A stretch of DNA of 64,000 nucleotides from Clostridia bacterium. Its GTDB lineage: Bacteria > Bacillota > Clostridia > Christensenellales > DTU072. The notes under the pieces were generated by a model that worked only from the letters and a program-made list of their open reading frames with translations, was not told where the DNA came from and made no database searches. Numbering within the stretch: the stretch's first letter is position 1; every line of letters begins with the position of its first letter. Below are positions 18,193 through 28,781 of the stretch, one piece after another. A program made the position numbers and the translations under genes. Where the stretch lies: contig DAOSYK010000001.1 of the NCBI GenBank assembly GCA_035381305.1, positions 47,218 to 111,217 of the forward strand, in the 5' to 3' direction.

Positions 18193-18243
18193 ATGTTTAG
18201 AAATGACCAAACTAAAGAAGTGAGATTTGTCAGGAGATAATAA

Positions 18244-20316
18244 ATGCCAAGAGAATTTGCATTAGAAAAAATGAGAAATATCGGTATCATGGCCCACATC
18301 GATGCCGGTAAAACCACAACTACCGAAAGAATACTGTTCTATGCCGACAAGGTTCACCGCCTCGGCGAAGTGCACGAAGGTATGGCGACAATGGACTGGA
18401 TGGTGCAGGAGCAGGAAAGAGGTATTACCATTACCAGCGCCGCGACATTTATCACATGGAAGGGACATGGTATCAACGTAATCGATACCCCCGGACACGT
18501 GGACTTTACCGTTGAAGTAGAGAGAAGCCTTCGCGTACTTGACGGCGCCGTCGCCGTATTCTGCGCAAAAGGCGGCGTTGAGCCCCAGAGCGAAACCGTA
18601 TGGCGCCAGGCCAACAAGTACAAAGTGCCGAGAATCGCATTTGTAAACAAAATGGATATCCTGGGCGCCGACTTTTATCGTGTCGTCGACATGATGAAGA
18701 CCCGCCTTCATACAAAACCCGTCCCGATTATCCTGCCTATGGGCAAAGAGGACGGTTTCTCCGGAATTATCGACCTTATCGTTCAGAAAGAAATCGTATT
18801 CAACGACAAGACGGGCAAGGACTATACCTATATCGACGTTCCCGAAGACATGAAGGATATCGTCGCCGAGTACCGCGAAAAGCTTCTCGAAGTTTGCGCC
18901 GACTATGACGACGTAATTATGGAAAAAGTACTCGAAGGCGAGGATGTGCCCGAAGACCTCATATTAAAAGCCATTCGTAAAGGCACGTTGGCTATGGAAA
19001 TCACTCCCGTGCTTTGCGGAAGCTCGTACAGGAACAAGGGCGTTCAGAGACTGCTTGACGCGGTAGTGGACTTCCTTCCCGCGCCTATCGACATCGACGA
19101 CGTACAGGGACTTGACGAAAAGGGCAGAGAAATCACCCGTCCCACCAGCGACGACGCGCCCCTCTCGGGACTTGCGTTCAAGATAGCTGTTGACCCGTTT
19201 GTCGGAAAGCTGACGTTCTTCCGTATTTACAGCGGCGTTCTTAAGTCCGGCATGACCCTTTACAACAGCAACAAGCAGAAGAAGGAAAAAATCAGCCGTC
19301 TTATCAGAATGCACGCCAACAACCGTACCGACATCGAAGAAGCGTATGCCGGCGATATAGTGGCGATAATCGGCCTTAAAGAGACGACCACGGGCGAGAC
19401 GCTTTGCGATCCCAGCCATCCGATCGTGCTCGACTCCATGAAATTCCCCGAGCCCGTTGTGCGCCTCGCAATCGAGCCCAAGACCAAGATAGGTCAGGAA
19501 AAGATGGCTCTCGCGCTTGTAAAACTCGCCGAAGAAGACCCTACATTCCGCACATATACCGACTCCGAGACAGGTCAGACGATAATTGCGGGTATGGGAG
19601 AACTGCATCTGGAAATCATAGTCGACAGACTCCTCAGAGAATTCAAGGTAGAAGCCAACATCGGTAAACCGCAGGTTGCGTACAGGGAAGCTATCAGACG
19701 TGCTGCCAAAGGCGAAGGAAAATATGTTCGCCAGACTGGCGGTAAGGGACAGTACGGACACTGCCTTATCGAGCTTGAGCCCAACGAACCCGGCAAGGGC
19801 ATCGAATTCTATGACGAGACCGTGGGCGGCTGCATACCCAAAGAGTACATCAAGCCCATCGAGGAAGGTATCAGAGAGGCCGCAAAAGGCGGCGTTCTCA
19901 TCGGCTACGAGATGGTGGACTTCATCGTAAGAGTCAAGGACGGAAGCTATCACGAAGTAGACTCTTCGGAAATGGCGTTCAAGATCGCGGGAAGCATGGC
20001 GTTTAAGGACGCTGCAAACAAGGCCGATCCCATGCTCCTGGAGCCTATGATGTCGGTAGAAATTACCGTGCCCGAAGTCTATATCGGCGACGTTTTCGGC
20101 ACAATAAGCTCGAGGCGCGGCATGATAAGAGAAATGTCGGACAGACCGGGACTCAAGGTCATCGACGCCGATATTCCGCTCAGCGAAATGTTCGGATATG
20201 CGACGGTTTTGCGCAGCGCAACGCAAGGAAGAGGCAACTATACCATGCAGCTTAAGTGCTACACAGAGGTGCCGCAGAGCGAAAGAAAGCGTCTTTTGGA
20301 AGGAAAAAGCAAATAA
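18244..20316 (+). CDS. fusA: Elongation factor G
   Basis: 690 aa. G1 [27 protein letters not shown]. Canonical domains throughout. Confidence 0.98.
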   Translation: MPREFALEKMRNIGIMAHIDAGKTTTTERILFYADKVHRLGEVHEGMATMDWMVQEQERGITITSAATFITWKGHGINVIDTPGHVDFTVEVERSLRVLDGAVAVFCAKGGVEPQSETVWRQANKYKVPRIAFVNKMDILGADFYRVVDMMKTRLHTKPVPIILPMGKEDGFSGIIDLIVQKEIVFNDKTGKDYTYIDVPEDMKDIVAEYREKLLEVCADYDDVIMEKVLEGEDVPEDLILKAIRKGTLAMEITPVLCGSSYRNKGVQRLLDAVVDFLPAPIDIDDVQGLDEKGREITRPTSDDAPLSGLAFKIAVDPFVGKLTFFRIYSGVLKSGMTLYNSNKQKKEKISRLIRMHANNRTDIEEAYAGDIVAIIGLKETTTGETLCDPSHPIVLDSMKFPEPVVRLAIEPKTKIGQEKMALALVKLAEEDPTFRTYTDSETGQTIIAGMGELHLEIIVDRLLREFKVEANIGKPQVAYREAIRRAAKGEGKYVRQTGGKGQYGHCLIELEPNEPGKGIEFYDETVGGCIPKEYIKPIEEGIREAAKGGVLIGYEMVDFIVRVKDGSYHEVDSSEMAFKIAGSMAFKDAANKADPMLLEPMMSVEITVPEVYIGDVFGTISSRRGMIREMSDRPGLKVIDADIPLSEMFGYATVLRSATQGRGNYTMQLKCYTEVPQSERKRLLEGKSK

Positions 20317-20357
20317 TTGAGCTGTTATTAAAAAAATAACAAAATTTCAAAAAACAC

Positions 20358-20386
20358 GTGACAAGCAGTAATTTTTAGTATATAAT
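20358..20386 (+). promoter_or_regulatory. Internal sigma-A type promoter for tuf
   Basis: GTGACA (20358-20363), 17-nt spacer, TATAAT (20381-20386). Confidence 0.55.
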
Positions 20387-20446
20387 AAATGAAACTGTAA
20401 AAATCAAAAAAATAATATTCAAAATTTTTTGGGAGGATATTTGTAA

Positions 20447-21652
20447 ATGGCTAAAGCTAAATTTGAAAGAACGAAGACCCACGTAAACGTAGGCACCATC
20501 GGTCACGTCGACCACGGTAAGACCACTTTGACGGCCGCGATAACCATGTACTCTGCTGCCAAGGGTTATGCCGAGGCGATGAAATATGATCAGATTGACA
20601 AGGCACCCGAAGAGAAGGCCAGAGGTATAACGATAAACACATCTCACGTTGAGTATCAGACACCTACCCGTCACTATGCTCACGTTGACTGCCCCGGACA
20701 CGCCGACTACGTCAAGAACATGATTACCGGCGCTGCTCAGATGGACGGCGCTATCCTCGTAGTTGCTTCTACCGACGGTCCCATGCCCCAGACCCGCGAG
20801 CACATTCTTCTCGCCCGTCAGGTTGGCGTTCCTTACATCGTCGTTTTCATGAACAAAGTCGACCAGGTTGACGATCCCGAATTGCTCGAACTCGTCGAGA
20901 TGGAAATCAGAGACCTTCTCAGTGAGTACGAATTCCCGGGAGACACCACCCCCATCATCAAGGGTTCGGCTCTCAAGGCTATGGAAGCTTGCGCCGCAGG
21001 CAATCCCGACAGCCCCGACTGCGCTTGCATCCAGGAACTTCTCGATGCTATCGACAGCTATATTCCCGCTCCCGAAAGAGACACCGACAAGCCCTTCCTT
21101 ATGCCTGTTGAAGACGTCTTCACCATCACCGGCCGCGGCACGGTTGCTACCGGCAGAGTTGAGCGTGGTACCATCAAAGTTGGCGACAAGGTTGAAATCG
21201 TTGGTCTTATGGATAAGCCCAAGGAAACCGTTGTTACCGGCGTTGAAATGTTCCGTAAGCTCCTTGACTTTGCTCAGGCCGGCGACAACGTAGGAACACT
21301 TCTCAGAGGTATCGACAGAAAAGATATCGAGCGCGGACAGGTTCTTGCTAAGCCCGGCAGCATTCATCCCCACACCCACTTCAGCGGCAGCGTGTACGTT
21401 CTGAAGAAGGAAGAGGGCGGAAGACACACCCCGTTCTTCAACGGTTATCGTCCCCAGTTCTATTTCAGAACAACCGACGTTACCGGTACCATCACTCTTC
21501 CCCAGGGCGTTGAAATGGTTATGCCCGGCGACAACATCAGCATGGACATTAAGCTTATTACTCCCATAGCTATAGAGCAGGGTCTCCGCTTCGCTATCCG
21601 TGAAGGCGGCAGAACCGTAGGCAGCGGCGTTGTTGCCTCCGTTATCGAGTAA
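20447..21652 (+). CDS. tuf: Elongation factor Tu
   Basis: 401 aa. [27 protein letters not shown]. Canonical C-terminal domains. Confidence 0.98.
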   Translation: MAKAKFERTKTHVNVGTIGHVDHGKTTLTAAITMYSAAKGYAEAMKYDQIDKAPEEKARGITINTSHVEYQTPTRHYAHVDCPGHADYVKNMITGAAQMDGAILVVASTDGPMPQTREHILLARQVGVPYIVVFMNKVDQVDDPELLELVEMEIRDLLSEYEFPGDTTPIIKGSALKAMEACAAGNPDSPDCACIQELLDAIDSYIPAPERDTDKPFLMPVEDVFTITGRGTVATGRVERGTIKVGDKVEIVGLMDKPKETVVTGVEMFRKLLDFAQAGDNVGTLLRGIDRKDIERGQVLAKPGSIHPHTHFSGSVYVLKKEEGGRHTPFFNGYRPQFYFRTTDVTGTITLPQGVEMVMPGDNISMDIKLITPIAIEQGLRFAIREGGRTVGSGVVASVIE

Positions 21653-21668
21653 TCACTGATTACAAATT

Positions 21669-21700
21669 AAAAAGGCATCGGAATTTCCGATGCCTTTTTT
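21669..21700. terminator. Bidirectional rho-independent terminator (tuf / queH convergent)
   Basis: GGCATCGGA (21674-21682) / TCCGATGCC (21686-21694). A-run before and T6 after. Confidence 0.85.
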
Positions 21701-21723
21701 GTTTTTAGTAAGAAAAAAATAAC

Positions 21724-22338
21724 TTAGTTTTTGGGTGTTTTCTCGTTTTTACTGAATACACATCCGCAGTAATTCTGACGGTAAAGGCCGAATTCTTTGC
21801 TGAGTTCTATGCTCCTTAAATATCCGTTTTTCTTCTTGAAATCGGACGGGAGCCAGTTGACACCGTGCTTTTTCGCGGCGGCGAACCCGATGTCGTTAAT
21901 AAGTTCGGCGTTTTTAAGAGGGGAAATGGTAAGTGTGGTCGTGAAATAGTCAAAGCTGAGTTCTTTTGCTTTTTTTGCCGTCTTTTCCAGCCGAAGTTTA
22001 AAACATTTTGCGCACCGCACGCCGCCTTCTCTTTCGTTTTCAAGACCTTTTACTACCGAATAATACTCGCGGGCATTATACGGCTCTACAATTAATTTTA
22101 CGGCATTTTCAAAATGCATTTCGTCAATCAGCCTTTGCTGTTCGGCGGAGCGCAGAAAAAATTCTTCTTCGCTGTCGATGTTTGGATTATAGTAAAGAAC
22201 GGTAATTTCAAAAGACTTTGAAAGGTATTCCAGACAATAACTCGAGCATGGCGCGCAGCAGCTGTGAAGAAGAAGGGCGGGTTTTCCGTTTAGATTTTTT
22301 GTAATCTTTTCCAGCTCTTTGGAGTAATTTTCAGTCAT
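21724..22338 (-). CDS. queH: Epoxyqueuosine reductase QueH (DUF208)
   Basis: 204 aa. LLHSCCAPCSSYCLEYL and C-terminal YCGC motifs characteristic of QueH. Confidence 0.85.
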   Translation of the reverse strand: MTENYSKELEKITKNLNGKPALLLHSCCAPCSSYCLEYLSKSFEITVLYYNPNIDSEEEFFLRSAEQQRLIDEMHFENAVKLIVEPYNAREYYSVVKGLENEREGGVRCAKCFKLRLEKTAKKAKELSFDYFTTTLTISPLKNAELINDIGFAAAKKHGVNWLPSDFKKKNGYLRSIELSKEFGLYRQNYCGCVFSKNEKTPKN

Positions 22339-22807
22339 ACAGCTCCATGAGGTAAACGCTAGTATCTATGCTGTTTACCGCTAGCGTGTAGTCCTTGAAT
22401 GCCTTAATGATCTGTCCGCCGTTGTCGGCGATTTTAAGCTTTTTTACAAGTTCGGAGTCTTCCAGTTTGGCAGTGGCTTCGGCTTTGGCGTAATACTCGT
22501 AAAACGTCTTTATGTCGATAATTTTCTCGCCGAGGTATTTTTCGCTTATCGCCTCAAAATCGATTTTCGAATCGTTGTACTGAATGTCAATGCCGACGTT
22601 CTTGTCGCTCACCGCGCAGACCGTACGACTATTGCTGTGGGATACGTTAAAAAAGAGTTTTTCCGGATTAAGCCGCGGCTTTTTACCTTCGGCGCGCTCG
22701 ATAATAAAGTCAAAATTATCAACGCCGTAAAATTCGCAATATTCCTTTACGGCGCGGCTTATAAGGGCGTCTGATTGAATTTCTTTGTCGGTAAAAACTA
22801 TAAGCAT
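22331..22807 (-). CDS. 4-prime-phosphopantetheinyl transferase superfamily protein (short form)
   Basis: 158 aa. FNVSHSNSRTVCAVSDKNVGIDIQ (FN-SHS...GIDIE motif). Later YYAKAEATAKL (W/F-x-KEA-x-K motif). Confidence 0.6.
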   Translation of the reverse strand: MLIVFTDKEIQSDALISRAVKEYCEFYGVDNFDFIIERAEGKKPRLNPEKLFFNVSHSNSRTVCAVSDKNVGIDIQYNDSKIDFEAISEKYLGEKIIDIKTFYEYYAKAEATAKLEDSELVKKLKIADNGGQIIKAFKDYTLAVNSIDTSVYLMELYD

Positions 22808-24303
22808 CTTCCGTAAATCTTGTTCATATTCTTGATAAAATCTTTGTCAACAGAACTTATCGCCGAGTAGTTTGTGCGGTATCTCCAGCATCCTTCGGCT
22901 TGACCCGGGACGTTCATTCTCGTATCGCTACCGTATCCGCAAAGGTCCTGCATGGGGATAATGGCGACTTGGGCACAGCTTGACAGTACGCACCTTAGCA
23001 GCGCTTTGGTCGCGCGACAGCTTCCCGCGCCGCTTGCCCAGCCTTGCCCGCTTTCGCAGTTTACATAGTTGAAGACGTGTTCTCTTGTGTAGTGGTCAAG
23101 GGAGAGTAACCAGCCTAGCGAGGTGTCATTGTCATGGGTGCCCGTGTACGCGACGCATTCGGGATGATAGTTGTGAGGTAGGTGCTTGTTATTAACATCT
23201 CCGTCAAACCCGAACTGAAATACCCTCATGCCGGGATAGCCCGACAGGGTGAGGAATTCTTCCACGTCTTTGTCGATAAGTCCGAGGTCCTCGGCGACGA
23301 TATTCGGCTCGGGGATCACCTTTCTGACCGCGTCAAACAGTTTAAGTTTGGGGCCGTCTTCCCATTCGCCTTCTTTGGCGTTGGGAGCGTCGGCGTTCAC
23401 CGACCAGTATTTATAAAGACCGCGGAAGTGGTCTATTCTTAAAATGTCGTAGAGTTTAAGCGCGTGGGAAATCCGGTTTACCCACCACTTGTAGCCGTCC
23501 TTTTCCATCTCGGCATAGTCGTAGAGGGGATTGCCCCATTTTTGCCCGTTTTCGGCAAAATAATCGGGGGGAACGCCCGCGACTTTTTTGGGCTTTAAGT
23601 CCTCGTCAAGCTGGAAAACGCGTGTGTTTGACCATACGTCGACGCTGTCGTAGGATACATATATCGGCAGATCGCCGAAAATCTGTATGTTGCGGCTCTT
23701 CGCGTATTCCTTTATGCGCGCCCACTGGGAAAAGAAAAGGTACTGCTCGAAGAAGTAATAATTTACTTCGGCAAAATTGTCTTTCAGATATTCCGCAATA
23801 AGCTTCTTTGAGTAATGTCTGTACTTTTCTTCCCACTCGATCCATGGCTTGCCCTCGAATTTCTGCTGAAGGCACATAAAGACCGCATAGTCGTCCAGCC
23901 AGTAAGCGTTTTTGGCGCGGAATTTATCTATTTCGGTCTGAACGTCGCTTGTTATACGGCTGTATGCTGTTTTTAGCAGATTGGTCTTTGCATACTTGAC
24001 AAAGTCATAGTCGGTAAGATAGATGTCTCCATGGTATACGGCGTTGTTTATTTCCTCGCCCGTTACAAGTCCGTCCCCGATGCGGGTTGGGTCTATGTAG
24101 AGGTAGTTGCCTGCAAAAGAGGAGATTCCGCTGTAAGGCGAATTGCCCATGCCGATTGTGGTGATGGGCAGGGTCTGCCATATTCCGAAACCCATGGACG
24201 CGATTTCTTCAATGAAATTTTCGGCTTCCATAGAAAAACCCCCGATACCGAAACGGCCGGGGAGAGAACTGATGTTTAGCAGTACGCCGCTTTTCCTTTC
24301 CAT
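22798..24303 (-). CDS. malQ: 4-alpha-glucanotransferase (amylomaltase, GH77)
   Basis: 501 aa. N-terminus RKSGVLLNISSLPGRFGIGGF. RIDHFRG and GDLPIYVSYDS motifs. Confidence 0.93.
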   Translation of the reverse strand: MERKSGVLLNISSLPGRFGIGGFSMEAENFIEEIASMGFGIWQTLPITTIGMGNSPYSGISSFAGNYLYIDPTRIGDGLVTGEEINNAVYHGDIYLTDYDFVKYAKTNLLKTAYSRITSDVQTEIDKFRAKNAYWLDDYAVFMCLQQKFEGKPWIEWEEKYRHYSKKLIAEYLKDNFAEVNYYFFEQYLFFSQWARIKEYAKSRNIQIFGDLPIYVSYDSVDVWSNTRVFQLDEDLKPKKVAGVPPDYFAENGQKWGNPLYDYAEMEKDGYKWWVNRISHALKLYDILRIDHFRGLYKYWSVNADAPNAKEGEWEDGPKLKLFDAVRKVIPEPNIVAEDLGLIDKDVEEFLTLSGYPGMRVFQFGFDGDVNNKHLPHNYHPECVAYTGTHDNDTSLGWLLSLDHYTREHVFNYVNCESGQGWASGAGSCRATKALLRCVLSSCAQVAIIPMQDLCGYGSDTRMNVPGQAEGCWRYRTNYSAISSVDKDFIKNMNKIYGRCL

Positions 24304-24312
24304 AATTCACCT

Positions 24313-24663
24313 TCAGAATTTGGGCTTTAGTATTTCGCTCATTATGATATACTTTTCAAGATCGCCCTTCAGCATTTCATCGAGGAAGGAGCTTTCTTCG
24401 CCAAAAGTTTCGGTTTTAAGGGCGACTGCGCGCTCGTTGTTGTGCTCGGGACACCCTTCGGTGGCAATACCCTCTGCGCTCCCCGAAAACTGCGTTTTTT
24501 CAAGTCTGTACGGAACCTTTCTGGAAGGATGAACTTCTTCCTTTTTGGGCTTTGCCGCAGAAGAAACAACGGCGGAAGAAGTTTTTGGCTTCTCCGCCTT
24601 GTTTTCTGGTTTGGGCACAGGTTTTACGGGCACGTGGCCGAATTCGTCAAAAATGTCTTCCAT
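24313..24663 (-). CDS. Hypothetical protein (Pro/Lys/Ser-rich centre, conserved-looking C-terminus), last gene of nfeD-floA operon
   Basis: 116-aa ORF starting 11 nt after the floA stop. Low-complexity PVKPVPKPENKAEKPKTSS segment. No family recognised. Confidence 0.5.
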   Translation of the reverse strand: MEDIFDEFGHVPVKPVPKPENKAEKPKTSSAVVSSAAKPKKEEVHPSRKVPYRLEKTQFSGSAEGIATEGCPEHNNERAVALKTETFGEESSFLDEMLKGDLEKYIIMSEILKPKF

Positions 24664-24674
24664 TTTATTTCCTA

Positions 24675-25676
24675 TTATTCATGCTTGGGCTGCTTGGGGT
24701 TTTCCTTGCTGCTGATTGCGTTGCGCATGTCGGTGTCGGCTTTTACGTTCTGCAGTTTGTAGTAGTCCATAACTCCGAGATTGCCCTTTCTGAGAGCTTC
24801 CGCCATAGCCTTGGGCACTTCTGCCTCGGCCTCGATGACAACCGCTTTCATTTCCTGGGTCTTGGCTCTCATTTCCTGTTCCTGAGCGATAGCCATAGCC
24901 CTTCTTTCTTCGGCTTTTGCCTGAGCTATGCGCTTGTCTGCCTCGGCCTGGTCCATCTGGAGCTGCGCGCCGATGTTTCTGCCTACGTCCACGTCGGCAA
25001 TATCGATACTGAGTATCTCAAACGCCGTGCCGGTGTCAAGACCCTTTTCGAGCACTTTTTTGCTTATTCTGTCGGGGTTTTCGAGCACGTCCTTATGACT
25101 TAACGCGCTGCCCACCGTCGTAACAATGCCTTCGCCTACACGGGCGATTATCGTCTCTTCGCCTGCGCCGCCCACCAATCTTGCTATATTGGCGCGGACA
25201 GTTATTTTGGTCTTGCAGCGGAGCTCGATACCGTCTTTTGCTATGGCGGCGATGAGAGGCGTCTCAATTACTTTGGGGTTAACGCTGACTTTGACGGCGT
25301 TGAGCACGTCGCGTCCCGCGAGGTCAATCGCCATGGCGGTCTTTGTGGAAAGGTCGATATTGGCGCTGTGGGCGGAGATTAGGGCGTTTACTACCTTTAT
25401 CACGTCGCCTTTTGCCATGTAGTGAGTCTCCAGCTCGTTTATGTCAATGGTAAGACCCGCTTTTATCGCAGTGATATAAGCGTCCACGATCATCGCTATC
25501 TTAATCTTTCTCAGTCTCATACCGATGAGTTTGCCCATGGATACGGTTGCGCCCGAAACCAGCGCGCGGAACCATATAGATACGGGTACGAGTATGAAGA
25601 ATACCGCAACCGCGAGTATGATGAGAACTATTCCCACCGCGATCAGTGCTGCATTTGCGCTTAATAAACTAAACAT
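24675..25676 (-). CDS. floA: Flotillin-like protein FloA (YqfA/UPF0365)
   Basis: 333 aa. N-terminal [20 protein letters not shown]...[11 protein letters not shown]-terminal Ala/Glu-rich coiled segment [19 protein letters not shown]. Confidence 0.9.
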   Translation of the reverse strand: MFSLLSANAALIAVGIVLIILAVAVFFILVPVSIWFRALVSGATVSMGKLIGMRLRKIKIAMIVDAYITAIKAGLTIDINELETHYMAKGDVIKVVNALISAHSANIDLSTKTAMAIDLAGRDVLNAVKVSVNPKVIETPLIAAIAKDGIELRCKTKITVRANIARLVGGAGEETIIARVGEGIVTTVGSALSHKDVLENPDRISKKVLEKGLDTGTAFEILSIDIADVDVGRNIGAQLQMDQAEADKRIAQAKAEERRAMAIAQEQEMRAKTQEMKAVVIEAEAEVPKAMAEALRKGNLGVMDYYKLQNVKADTDMRNAISSKENPKQPKHE

Positions 25677-25710
25677 TTTTTTCCTCCGATAATTTATCTA
25701 ATATATATAA

Positions 25711-26247
25711 TCAGTTTACGCTTTTTACGACTATTTTTATTCCCTCGGTGGATACCACCGTAACGGTCTTCCCACGCTCAATGAAAGTTCTGTCGGCGAC
25801 GACGTCGTAAGTGTGCCCGTCTATTTCGGCTTTGCCGACGGGGCGAAGGTCGGTAATCGTGACGCCATCTTTTCCGACGAGGCGGGAGTAATCGGCGGTC
25901 GCGTCGCTGTAATGGACGTTTACCGCGGTGTTGAATTGGTACAGAGATGTGCGCTTCCACCAGTTTTTCTTATTGCCGATAAGGAAAAGCCCGAAAGCCC
26001 CGCCCACCAGAATGAAGATAAACAGGATAAGCTGAAATACCTGCAGGAGCACATTGTCTTCTTCCTCGTGGAATATGGCGCGGAAAATGACCGAAAATAC
26101 AAGCAGTACCACGCCCGTTATGCCGAAAACGCCGAACCCGGGCTCGAAAATCTCCACAAAGAGGGCCACAAGTCCTACAATTAAGCAAACTATAACAAAC
26201 CAACGCATGTTGCTGAACAGAAGGCCGAATTGAACGAAAAAGGTCAT
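25711..26247 (-). CDS. NfeD-family membrane protein (TM bundle plus C-terminal OB-fold)
   Basis: 178 aa. Several TM helices. Then GKDGVTITDLRPVGKAEIDGHTYDVVADRTFIERGKTVTVV (NfeD C-terminal domain). Lies upstream of floA, as in B. subtilis yqeZ-yqfA. Confidence 0.75.
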   Translation of the reverse strand: MTFFVQFGLLFSNMRWFVIVCLIVGLVALFVEIFEPGFGVFGITGVVLLVFSVIFRAIFHEEEDNVLLQVFQLILFIFILVGGAFGLFLIGNKKNWWKRTSLYQFNTAVNVHYSDATADYSRLVGKDGVTITDLRPVGKAEIDGHTYDVVADRTFIERGKTVTVVSTEGIKIVVKSVN

Positions 26248-26415
26248 TTTAGTGTTTCTCCCCTTGATACGAAAATTTGGTTTTTTTGCATATTATTCAC
26301 ATAAAAATCAAGCTGTGACAACATTTTTCTGTATCATTACCATTATACATATAAAAACGGGATAGGTCAATATATTGTCGGAGAGGTAGTGTTTATTATT
26401 CAAAAAAATTACATA

Positions 26416-26444
26416 TTGAAAATATATCTTCTAAGTGGTAAAAT
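26416..26444 (+). promoter_or_regulatory. Sigma-A type promoter for enoate-reductase/AcnX operon
   Basis: TTGAAA (26416-26421), 17-nt spacer ending in TGg, TAAAAT (26439-26444). Confidence 0.5.
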
Positions 26445-26485
26445 TGATATAACGAAAATAATTTTCAGGAGGCAATATATATTAT

Positions 26486-28750
26486 ATGAGTTATGAAGAC
26501 GTTTTGAAAAGACTGTCGGACAGCTTCGGCGATTGGTGGAACAAGGGCTTTGACGTGCCCGCGTATACCAAAAACCTCTATCCCTATGAGAAGATGTTCA
26601 GCCCGATAAGAGTAAACAAACTTACTATCAAAAACAGGCTTGTAATGGCGCCGATGGGCAACATAAGCATGTGCGAAGAGACCGGCCGTCCCAACATTAA
26701 GATGCTCAAGTACTTTGAGGAAAGGGCAAAAGGCGGCGTGGGACTCATCACGTCGGGACTTATCCCCGTATCCTACGGCATCGACAAGTCTCTTATCGAA
26801 ATGGGCGACCTTACATATTTCCCGAGAATAGACCGCAGCCGTACAGTTTTTGCGGCTTGGAGAGATCTTGTTTCCATGTGCCACGCTCACGGAAGCCATT
26901 TCTTCATCCAGCTTACCCCGGGTCTTGGAAGAGTGGGTAATCCCCAGTGTCTCGTAAACAGGCTGGAGTTCCCCAGGAGCGCGTCCAACAACCCCAACTG
27001 GTATATGAAAGACGTGCCCTGCTTAAGGCTCAGCGACAGAAGTCTCAAGAAGATAATAAAGAGAATAGGACAGGGCTCGGCCGACGCCAAGGCCTGCAAC
27101 ATCGACGGCGTGTATCTGCACGGCCACGAAGGTTATCTGCTCGAGCAGGTCACAAACTCCGCTTATAACCGCCGTATCTTCGGAAGGTATGCCGACCCCG
27201 AACTCTTCGGTATCGACATGATAAAGGAGATAAGGGCGCGCTGCGGAGCCGACTTCCCCATTATGTACAGAATAGACTTGTCCCTCGCGCTCAACGCGAC
27301 CTATAAGGACAAGATGAATACGGTTAACCCCTTAAAGAAATTCAAGGACGAAAGGACCATCGAGGAAACCCTCGAATATATGAAGAAGCTCGTTGAGGCG
27401 GGCGTTGATATTTTCGACGTAGACCTCGGCTCCTATGACAACTGGTGGCTCCCCCATCCCCCGGCAAGCATGCCAAGCGGCTGCTATCTTGAGATAAGCG
27501 ACATCGTCAAGAAGTACTTTGCCGAAAACAACATTAAGTCCAACAAGGGTCTTGATGTTCCCGTGGTGGCGGTAGGTAAGCTCGGCTATCCCGACCTTGC
27601 AGAACAGGCTCTCAGAGACGACAAGTGCGACATGGTTATGCTTGGCAGACCCCTTCTCGCCGACGCCGAGTGGTGCAACAAGGCCTACGCGGGCAAAGTG
27701 GACGAAATCCGTCCCTGCATAGGCTGCCAGGAAGCTTGCATAAACGAGTTTGTCGAGGGCGGACATCCCCAGTGCGCCGTCAATCCCAGAACGGCATTTG
27801 AGGACGAATATTCCGCCGAGATACCCAAAGCGGAAGTAATAAAGAAAGTCGCCGTAATCGGCGGAGGCCCCGCGGGTATCACCGCTGCCGAAACGCTCAT
27901 TGCGCGCGGACACAAGGTCGACCTCTACGAAAAAACCGACAAACTGGGCGGCAATGTCGTACCGGGAAGCAATCCCAAGATCAAGTACGAGATTAACAAC
28001 TACCTCAGATACCTTGAAAGAGTGGTGGAAAAACTTAAGAGCAACAAAAACTTCAATATCTTCTTTAACACCCTTGCCACCGCGGAAGACCTCAAGGCTA
28101 AAGGCTATGACGCCATAGTCGTAGCTTCGGGCAGCAGGCAGATGCTCCCGCCCATTGACGGCATCACGAACAAGAACGTAGTCCATGCGGTGGACGTTCT
28201 CAACAACAGAGACCTCGCCAAAGACGCCAAGAAGATAGTTGTGGTCGGCGGCGGCGTGGTAGGCGCGGAGACCGCTTACTTCCTCAGATACGAAATGGAC
28301 AAGGAAGTGTCGGTAGTGGAAATGGATAAGTACTTCATGAACCACACCTGCACGGCAAACCGCGGACACATCATCCACTACCTCGAAGAGGGAGGAGTAA
28401 AACTCTACAATTGCGCTAAGGTCACCGCGATAAAGGACAACAAGGTCGTCATCGAGAAGAACACCCACAAGCGCGTGCCCGATCCGTATCTTACCTGGTC
28501 GCCCATTCTTCCCGAAAACGTGCTCAACCCGCTCGACAAACTTAAACCCCTTAAGTACGTACCCAAGACCATAGAGCTTGACGCAGACCTGGTCGTGGTT
28601 GCCGCGGGCGTTGCGAGCGAAAACGGCATATACTTTGACCTCGTGAAGCAAAACGCCGCTCCCGAAATCTATAACGTGGGCGACAGCTTCAAGGCGGCGA
28701 AGATATTCGAGGCGGTCAAGTCCGCTTACAGGAAGGCAAGAAATATTTAA
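26486..28750 (+). CDS. 2-enoate reductase-like flavoprotein (OYE FMN domain + 4Fe-4S + FAD/NAD(P) domain; 2,4-dienoyl-CoA reductase family)
   Basis: 754 aa. KNRLVMAPMGN (OYE). CIGCQEACINEFVEGGHPQCAVNP (Fe-S cysteines). VAVIGGGPAGITAAE and KIVVVGGGVVGAETA Rossmann motifs. Confidence 0.85.
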   Translation: MSYEDVLKRLSDSFGDWWNKGFDVPAYTKNLYPYEKMFSPIRVNKLTIKNRLVMAPMGNISMCEETGRPNIKMLKYFEERAKGGVGLITSGLIPVSYGIDKSLIEMGDLTYFPRIDRSRTVFAAWRDLVSMCHAHGSHFFIQLTPGLGRVGNPQCLVNRLEFPRSASNNPNWYMKDVPCLRLSDRSLKKIIKRIGQGSADAKACNIDGVYLHGHEGYLLEQVTNSAYNRRIFGRYADPELFGIDMIKEIRARCGADFPIMYRIDLSLALNATYKDKMNTVNPLKKFKDERTIEETLEYMKKLVEAGVDIFDVDLGSYDNWWLPHPPASMPSGCYLEISDIVKKYFAENNIKSNKGLDVPVVAVGKLGYPDLAEQALRDDKCDMVMLGRPLLADAEWCNKAYAGKVDEIRPCIGCQEACINEFVEGGHPQCAVNPRTAFEDEYSAEIPKAEVIKKVAVIGGGPAGITAAETLIARGHKVDLYEKTDKLGGNVVPGSNPKIKYEINNYLRYLERVVEKLKSNKNFNIFFNTLATAEDLKAKGYDAIVVASGSRQMLPPIDGITNKNVVHAVDVLNNRDLAKDAKKIVVVGGGVVGAETAYFLRYEMDKEVSVVEMDKYFMNHTCTANRGHIIHYLEEGGVKLYNCAKVTAIKDNKVVIEKNTHKRVPDPYLTWSPILPENVLNPLDKLKPLKYVPKTIELDADLVVVAAGVASENGIYFDLVKQNAAPEIYNVGDSFKAAKIFEAVKSAYRKARNI

Positions 28751-28781
28751 TCCGGACTTATTATAAGGAGGGCCGTAAAGT

